Shown here one piece after another: positions 57,837-64,000 of a stretch of 64,000 nucleotides of DNA; position 1 is the first letter of the stretch, and each line of letters opens with the position of its first letter. The position numbers were made by a program, and so were the translations under genes. Under the pieces are notes generated by a model. That model ran no database searches. It saw only the letters and a program-made list of their open reading frames with translations, and was not told where the DNA came from. This DNA is from Candidatus Bathyarchaeota archaeon. GTDB lineage: Archaea > Thermoproteota > Bathyarchaeia > 40CM-2-53-6. Location of the stretch: contig CAVSBL010000002.1 in NCBI GenBank assembly GCA_963726255.1, forward strand, positions 288,001-352,000. Reading direction: 5' to 3'.

Positions 57837-59660
57837 ATGTGTGGAATCTCAGCTGTGGTTTTGAAAAACGGCAACGTCGGGCCAATTCTTTACGATTCAT
57901 TGAAACGGCTTGAGTACCGAGGGTACGATTCCGTTGGTGAAGCCGCCATTAACGGCGGAACAATCGTTGTTAAGAAAGATAAGGGAAAGATCGACGAGGT
58001 GGAACAAACACTCCACATTAGTGATCTAACCGGCCTCGTAGGGATAGGGCACACACGCTGGGCAACCCACGGAGCCCCCTCCAAAGAGAATGCCCACCCT
58101 CACACCGACTGCAAGGGTCAGGTTGCGGTCGTACATAATGGCATCATTGAGAACTTCATGACGCTGAGGCAAGAACTGGAAGCAGTCGGCCACGAGTTCA
58201 AATCTAGAACCGACACGGAAGTTGTTGCGCACCTCGTTGAAGAGAACCTGAAATCGGGAATGGGATTCGTCGAAGCGGTGAGGTCGGCAGCAAATCGATT
58301 AACGGGCGCGTACGCTCTGGCGTTCATATGCTCTCTTGAACCTGACAAAGTTGTAGCCGTCAGAAGAGAGAGTCCTCTGGTCATCGGTACTGGAGCGGAT
58401 GGAAACTACTGTGCCTCGGATGTTCCCGCCTTCCTTTCAAGAACTAAACTTGCAATCCATCTCGAGGAGAATGAGATGGCTGTCCTGACAGCAGACCATG
58501 TGACCCTGTACAAGGTTGACACTGGGGAGGAAATATCCCGAGAGCCCTTCAAAGTGGATTGGAGTGTTGAAACCGCCCTCAAGACTGGCTACCCACATTT
58601 CATGCTCAAGGAAATCCATGAACAGCCACTCAGCGTGCGTAACGCCCTCAGAACCCACCCTATTTACCTCGAACTGATGGCTTCTGCGATCAATCGCGCG
58701 AAGAAAGTCTTCTTACTGGCCTGCGGGACCTCCTACCATGCATGCTTGGCCGCGGCCTACGCTTTTTCTAATCTTGCCAAAGTTGAGGTTACACCGGTCG
58801 TTGCTTCGGAATTCATAGACGGCTTCGGCGCCCTTGTTGACTCGGATACTGTTGTTCTAGCGGTAAGTCAATCCGGCGAAACAACAGACACACTCAGCGC
58901 TGTCAGAGGCGCAAAGGACAGGGGCGCAACGGTGCTCGGAATCAGTAACGTAATGGGCTCTACGCTGACTAGGCTTTCAGACGTTTACATAGGGCAAAAT
59001 TCAGGGCCCGAAATGGGCGTAGCAGCGACAAAAACCTTCACGGCACAGGTCTCAATTCTAGCAAAACTTGCCCTGGCCCTGGCCAAGAAACGGGAAGTGA
59101 TTCCGAAGAGCCAATCTGAGCTATTGGAAAATGGCTTCAACCAACTGCCGGACTGGATTTCCACGTTCCTTTCCACTCAAGAGCGTCACGTCAAGCGCAT
59201 TGCTGAGAAATATTTGGACAGGAGGAGCTTTTGTTTTCTTGGCAGGGGGATGAGTGTTGCAACAGCACTTGAGGGACGCCTGAAACTTCTCGAACTCTCA
59301 TACCTTCCCGCAATCGCGTATCCTGCAGGGGAATCAAAGCATGGCTTCATCTCAGTCGTGGAAGAGGGCTATCCGGTCATCTTCGTCGCCCCGAAAGATG
59401 AAGTCTATTCGAAGATTATCGGCAATGTTATGGAGATGAAGGCGCGCGGAGCGAAGGTTATCGGAGTGATCGAAGAAGAGGACGGGGAAATATCCACTCT
59501 CTCCGACGAAAAGATAACCCTTCCACCAGGAATTCCGTCGCCCCTCACGCCAATCGTATACATTTTGCCACTTCAGCTGTTTGCGTACTATGTGGCTGTG
59601 GGAAAAGGTTACGATCCGGACTTTCCGAGAAATCTTGCGAAATCGGTTACGGTGCACTGA
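57837..59660 (+). CDS. glmS: Glutamine--fructose-6-phosphate transaminase
   Basis: MCGI, LEYRGYDS, GHTRWATHG, MLKEIHEQP, SQSGET, ATKTF, PRNLAKSVTV. Confidence 0.98.
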   Translation: MCGISAVVLKNGNVGPILYDSLKRLEYRGYDSVGEAAINGGTIVVKKDKGKIDEVEQTLHISDLTGLVGIGHTRWATHGAPSKENAHPHTDCKGQVAVVHNGIIENFMTLRQELEAVGHEFKSRTDTEVVAHLVEENLKSGMGFVEAVRSAANRLTGAYALAFICSLEPDKVVAVRRESPLVIGTGADGNYCASDVPAFLSRTKLAIHLEENEMAVLTADHVTLYKVDTGEEISREPFKVDWSVETALKTGYPHFMLKEIHEQPLSVRNALRTHPIYLELMASAINRAKKVFLLACGTSYHACLAAAYAFSNLAKVEVTPVVASEFIDGFGALVDSDTVVLAVSQSGETTDTLSAVRGAKDRGATVLGISNVMGSTLTRLSDVYIGQNSGPEMGVAATKTFTAQVSILAKLALALAKKREVIPKSQSELLENGFNQLPDWISTFLSTQERHVKRIAEKYLDRRSFCFLGRGMSVATALEGRLKLLELSYLPAIAYPAGESKHGFISVVEEGYPVIFVAPKDEVYSKIIGNVMEMKARGAKVIGVIEEEDGEISTLSDEKITLPPGIPSPLTPIVYILPLQLFAYYVAVGKGYDPDFPRNLAKSVTVH

Positions 59661-59675
59661 TTCCCTGAAACCAAC

Positions 59676-60095
59676 GTGGTTCGCAGTCCAACTCGAGACC
59701 GGAGACCTCCGTTCTTCTTGCCAGAACGCGACAACCCTGTAAGTGTGACTCTTGCGGAGGCCCTATCAATCGTCAAGCGAGCCATCCAAGCGGCGGCAGC
59801 TGAAGACCCTGCGACCTATACGTTTCTCCTCTGGAAGTCCGCGGCGGAAGCAGAGTACGCCGCGTTCCAACTCTCAATGACACAGGGTTTGAGCGACTTC
59901 AACCCTAGCAGCAACCATGACGAAACCGATGCTGAACCAACCGCGGAGGCAGCTCATGAGCTTCTTTCGTACGCCCAATCGTGCCTTAAGTCCAAACCCC
60001 GCGACGCTTATTTCACCATTAGAAACGCTGTGACGATTCTTCGGAAGATGTCTGTGGCAGCCGAAAATCTATCAAAGGGCGCGTCCAGAAAGTAG
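59676..60095 (+). CDS. Hypothetical helical protein (start uncertain)
   Basis: 139-aa ORF co-oriented after glmS. Confidence 0.55.
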   Translation: MVRSPTRDRRPPFFLPERDNPVSVTLAEALSIVKRAIQAAAAEDPATYTFLLWKSAAEAEYAAFQLSMTQGLSDFNPSSNHDETDAEPTAEAAHELLSYAQSCLKSKPRDAYFTIRNAVTILRKMSVAAENLSKGASRK

Positions 60096-60221
60096 AGATT
60101 AACAAACTGAGTTGTGTCGGCCTCTCAGTCTCGCAGGAATTCTCTGCGTTATGGATACTCTGAGGCTTAGTTTTGAGTACTCGTAAATTAGTAGAAACTC
60201 TATTATAAGTAGGTTCGAAGT

Positions 60222-60920
60222 GTGGCACGAACAAACTTGGTCGAACGAACGTCAGCACAGAAGTTGACCGTTACCCTCGCCGGGGCGGCAGTCTTCGCGG
60301 CGATTTCAGCGATTTTGACCCTTGCGAAGGCGTCGGTGCCGTTCCCATTAATTCCCTACCTCCAAGTAGACTTCTCCGAGATCCCCATTCAAATGGCCTT
60401 CTTCCTCTTCGGTCCTTTCGCCGGCGCAATTACCGCAGTCATTCAATGGATATTTCTAAACGAAACCGGGGGCGACGCGCCCCTCGGCCCCGCGATAAAA
60501 TTCGCCGCGGTCATATCGACCCTCGGAGGCTTCTGGCTGGGCGGCGAGGTATCTCGCCGAATCAAGGGGAGTTCGGCCCATCCCTCACTTGCTTTTTCAT
60601 TGATACTTGGTAGTGGTACTCTCTTGCGCGTAGCTGCGATGACCGTCGTCAACTACGCGGTCTTAGTATACATTGGGCCAGTTTTCTTTGGCGCAAACTA
60701 CCTAGCCTTTGCGAAAGTAACGCTGGAGAAGTCGACGGGGTGGACGTTCCCAAGCGATGCTATGGTTCTAACTTACACGCTAATTTTTACCGCTCTGTAT
60801 AATGTTGTGAACCTTCTCGTGGCGGCAATCCCTGCCGGCTTAATTGTTTCCCCGATTGCGAAATCGTTCAGACACATTACTTCGGGTGAGACTTGGCTGG
60901 CTCGAAATACGCACTCGTGA
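60222..60920 (+). CDS. ECF transporter S component
   Basis: A.FAA.S..L, PFP..PYL.VDFSEIP....F..FGP..G, R...M..VN. Confidence 0.85.
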   Translation: MARTNLVERTSAQKLTVTLAGAAVFAAISAILTLAKASVPFPLIPYLQVDFSEIPIQMAFFLFGPFAGAITAVIQWIFLNETGGDAPLGPAIKFAAVISTLGGFWLGGEVSRRIKGSSAHPSLAFSLILGSGTLLRVAAMTVVNYAVLVYIGPVFFGANYLAFAKVTLEKSTGWTFPSDAMVLTYTLIFTALYNVVNLLVAAIPAGLIVSPIAKSFRHITSGETWLARNTHS

Positions 60921-60957
60921 GAGCTGTGGAGTAGTTTCTCCACATCTCTGCAGCACG

Positions 60958-62214
60958 TTAGAGTATTACGATGTTCTCGCGTTTGGGGCCCACGGACACG
61001 TACTGGATCGGCACCTTCGCCAGTTCCTCGATTCGCTTGAGGTATGCCTGGGCTGCTTTTGGTAGGTCATTCCACTTTCGTGCGCCTGTTGTGGGTTTCT
61101 TCCACCCCGCCCATTCCTCGTAGACGGGTTGCACTCTTCCCAAGTCAACGGTGTCTGGCATTTCCGTGATTTCTTTCCCATCCAAGCGATAGGCAATGCA
61201 GACCTTCATGCTTTCTAAGGAATCTAGCACGTCAAGCTTCGTGACTGCAAGGCTCGTCAAACCATTTAATGATGCAGCATAACGGACAATCACGCTATCT
61301 AACCAGCCACACCGCCTAGGCCGTTTGGTCGTGGCACCGTATTCTTCACCGATTTCGCGCAGGCGTTCTCCATCCTTGTCAAAGAGTTCTGTAGGGAATG
61401 GGCCGCCTCCAACGGCAGTCGTGTACGCTTTCACAACACCGATGATGTTTTCGATTGAACGGGGCGACACGCCAGCGCCGGCGCAAGCGCCCCCAGCCGT
61501 GGGTGATGACGCGGTGCTGTACGGGTAGATTCCCCAGTCAAGGTCGCGCATCGCACCCAATTGGCCTTCGAGCAAGACCTTCTTGCCTTCGGCCAGTGCC
61601 TTGTCTAGAATTGGCCGAGAGTCAACAATTCTCGCGCCCAATCTGGCGCCCCAATCCCTAGCTTGCTGTATCAGATCCTCCGCCCGCAGAGGCGCCAAGC
61701 CGTAAAATCCCAACTCGTGGTTCTTGAGAGGAAGAACCGACTTCAACCTGGTTTGTAGGAAGTCAACGTGGAGGAGGTCCCCTATTCGGATGCCTCGGTA
61801 GGCCGCTTTATCGCCATAAACGGGCCCTATGCCCCGGCGCGTCGTCCCCAGGCCGCCTTTCCGTTCTCCCGCCCCGTCGAGAAGCCGGTGGTACGGCCAG
61901 ACAATGTGCGCCCTCCTGTCGATCCACAGGTTGTCGGTCTTGACTCCAGCTTTCTCCAATGTTGCGATTTCGTCGAGCAAGGAGTCTGGGTCGATCACGG
62001 CCCCTGCCCCGTTGATGCAAACAACTTGAGGGTAGAAGATGCCGGACGGAATCAAGTGAAGCTTGAATGTACCGTAATCATTTACGACAGTATGCCCCGC
62101 ATTGTTGCCGCCCTGAAACCTGACAACAAAATCCGCTTTGGCGGCGAGATAATCTATAATTCGGCCCTTTCCTTCGTCGCCGAATTGCGCTCCGACAACT
62201 ACAGTGCACGCCAC
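60958..62214 (-). CDS. purA: Adenylosuccinate synthetase (long form)
   Basis: GAQFGDEGKG, GGNNAGHT, GTT.RGIGP.Y.DK, EYGATT.RPRRCGWLD, TKLDVL. Confidence 0.97.
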   Translation of the reverse strand: MACTVVVGAQFGDEGKGRIIDYLAAKADFVVRFQGGNNAGHTVVNDYGTFKLHLIPSGIFYPQVVCINGAGAVIDPDSLLDEIATLEKAGVKTDNLWIDRRAHIVWPYHRLLDGAGERKGGLGTTRRGIGPVYGDKAAYRGIRIGDLLHVDFLQTRLKSVLPLKNHELGFYGLAPLRAEDLIQQARDWGARLGARIVDSRPILDKALAEGKKVLLEGQLGAMRDLDWGIYPYSTASSPTAGGACAGAGVSPRSIENIIGVVKAYTTAVGGGPFPTELFDKDGERLREIGEEYGATTKRPRRCGWLDSVIVRYAASLNGLTSLAVTKLDVLDSLESMKVCIAYRLDGKEITEMPDTVDLGRVQPVYEEWAGWKKPTTGARKWNDLPKAAQAYLKRIEELAKVPIQYVSVGPKRENIVIL

Positions 62215-62376
62215 ACAGTGTCCCCCTCACTGGGGCAGAAGACTGAATTTAAGCTTTGACAGCAATTCACGAGGGCGATAGCTTGCGGCACGGGAGACCT
62301 GCTGTTTAGGTCCGAGGGGAGAGAATGGATTTCAGTCTGGTCGTCGAATGTCGAAGGGTGTCGTTTCTCACGCGCC

Positions 62377-62658
62377 CTATTCTGTACTCGTTGTGAGTTG
62401 AGAGGCATCTCTAGAAAACCCCCATTCTTGTTCATTCAGTCGAGCAGAATCACTTAGTTGCCGCTTCCTATTCACGAGGAATGCTGCTACTAGAAATATG
62501 GGCGAGAGCACAATGGCTGCAACACCAAGATAAAACGATGTCTTATCGGTCGTCGGATAAATGGCCAAGATCGTGATTCCGCCTCCAACAATCAACCCTA
62601 TGACGATCACTCCCACTATGAAGCCTGTGTTTCCTGGCAGACGTTGTTCTTGGTTCAT
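62377..62658 (-). CDS. Small 2-TM hypothetical protein
   Basis: Two hydrophobic helices. Confidence 0.55.
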   Translation of the reverse strand: MNQEQRLPGNTGFIVGVIVIGLIVGGGITILAIYPTTDKTSFYLGVAAIVLSPIFLVAAFLVNRKRQLSDSARLNEQEWGFSRDASQLTTSTE

Positions 62659-63074
62659 GAGCGGTCGTGTGCTCAGCCGAAATCGCAGCTCTGTTTATAC
62701 TGATATCGGTCGACTACGAATTGGCATCCTTATTTCGGTGAGAAAGGAGCACTGCCGTACTGGGTCGTAGTCACAGGATGTAGAAGAAACTACTGGTATG
62801 TCAATAATTCCCTAGGAAACTTGCCTAACACAAGACTCGATCGTGGAGTGCTAGAGGACGACTTGGACGATCAGTGAACTCGATGCGCTGTAATTGTCCG
62901 TGGGCCGATGGGGCAAAGATGAACCGAACGCAGATTTCAGGGACACATTCGAAAGAAACTTCGTTTATACCTCAAACATTGTTCTTAATTGATAGTTTCC
63001 ACAGCCAAAGTGGTATCCTGAGGAAAGAGACTAACGTGAAAACCCATACTACACCGTCCTTGGATTGAGCTGAA

Positions 63075-63614
63075 ATGACCTCATTCGCCAAACGCGGTAC
63101 ATCAGAAAACAATTCTGCGCGGGGCTTCGGCGTCGTACTAAACGTGTCGAACCTCACCGTAAAGTCCGATCACAAGATGCCTGCTAGGAAGGATCACTCG
63201 GAATTAGGAGGCATATTGATATTCATAGGTGGAATCATGGCTTTGATTTTTCCAGTTTTTCCACTCAGTCTAACGCTACTGATGCGTCAGGATTTAGGAG
63301 AATGGTTTGAGAATGTTGGCGTATGGATTACCGGAAGTGGGGGCGCCCTTGCAATACCACACCTGCCAGCGTTTGTCGTAGTATTCGTAGCTGTGGGCGC
63401 TATTGCTACGGTACTCTTTGGAATAATCGCTGTGTCAGCATACACATGGGTTAGGCGCGGAGAGGTTAGGGAAGGAGGTTTGGTTGCAATCATGGCTGGG
63501 ACGGCAATGATTGCAAGCTTGCACTGGATTCCAGGCATCATAACTGTATTTGGGGGAGTCCTCTGCTACAACTCAAATCAACATGCCGAAAACCGTGGTA
63601 CGACCAGCTCTTAG
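63075..63614 (+). CDS. Hypothetical multi-TM protein (true start may be near 63177)
   Basis: About four hydrophobic segments. Confidence 0.6.
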   Translation: MTSFAKRGTSENNSARGFGVVLNVSNLTVKSDHKMPARKDHSELGGILIFIGGIMALIFPVFPLSLTLLMRQDLGEWFENVGVWITGSGGALAIPHLPAFVVVFVAVGAIATVLFGIIAVSAYTWVRRGEVREGGLVAIMAGTAMIASLHWIPGIITVFGGVLCYNSNQHAENRGTTSS

Positions 63615-63639
63615 AAAATCCGTTAAACATCTACTGTCT

Positions 63640-64000
63640 CTAGTTTCTGCAATCCTGGTCGAGCCACTGACCATCAACCTTCCTCAACCGGGCTGCGTAA
63701 TTTCCGCACTCCTCGCAGAACCCAGCGAGGGTCACCTCTTGAGGCTCGTTAGGAGTCATTCTCGCTTCTAGTTTCGTTCGTTCTCTAATCAAGAAGTGCA
63801 GTTCGGGTTCGACACGGATTATGTCTGACTCTGCGATTATACCCACTGTCTGATGGGCCCTCTCAACTAAGAGTCTGCGTATGCTATGCTCAGCCATCTT
63901 CTTCGCAGCTTCCTCAACAGGGGCATCCTCTCCAATCGTTATCAGTGGAGAACTCAACACTTCGCTAACTCTGACCTTCGTTGCATCCAACCCTTTGGAT
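63640..64000 (-). CDS. CBS-pair + Zn-finger protein, 5'-truncated; paralog of 46539..47117
   Basis: V.EV.SSPLIT, RRL.V, GII.ESDI, GFCEECG...G.WLDQDC. Confidence 0.85.
   Translation of the reverse strand, partial: SKGLDATKVRVSEVLSSPLITIGEDAPVEEAAKKMAEHSIRRLLVERAHQTVGIIAESDIIRVEPELHFLIRERTKLEARMTPNEPQEVTLAGFCEECGNYAARLRKVDGQWLDQDCRN

Noticed and set aside
1-64000. Numerous antisense or alternative-frame ORFs (e.g. 312..785, 4467..5078, 40518..41045, 54008..54571)
   Set aside because: Shadow ORFs fully overlapping well-supported genes, with no motifs.

Overview
Archaeal chromosome segment. Gene order and the cbf5 intron point to the TACK superphylum, probably Bathyarchaeia (inference). It contains: (i) the distal spc/alpha/L13-S9 ribosomal superoperon (rpl32e to rps2), where uL18, uL30 and uS11 are missing from their usual positions and accessory genes are inserted; (ii) cbf5 split by a 19-nt bulge-helix-bulge (BHB) intron in its catalytic Asp codon, followed by a two-intron tRNA-Ser; (iii) a ~13.5-kb isoprenoid/ether-lipid cluster with the Aeropyrum-type modified mevalonate route (mevalonate kinase, PMDh large/small subunits, UbiD-like AMPD), two paralogous haloarchaeal-type phosphomevalonate decarboxylases, class II HMG-CoA reductase, DGGGPS, GGGPS, DUF2070 and G1PDH; (iv) an AT-richer island with a dead IS6-like transposase and an array of small membrane-protein genes separated by a 28-bp hairpin repeat; (v) housekeeping genes (gltX, thermosome, radA, nucS, Lsm, elp3, frameshifted gatD, gatE, glmS, purA) and an intact-looking tnpB-only IS200/IS605 element that supplies the nucS stop codon. 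Several genes appear to start at CTG or ATA, and two are missing from the supplied ORF track. All assignments are by eye from motifs and remembered family features; no searches were run.
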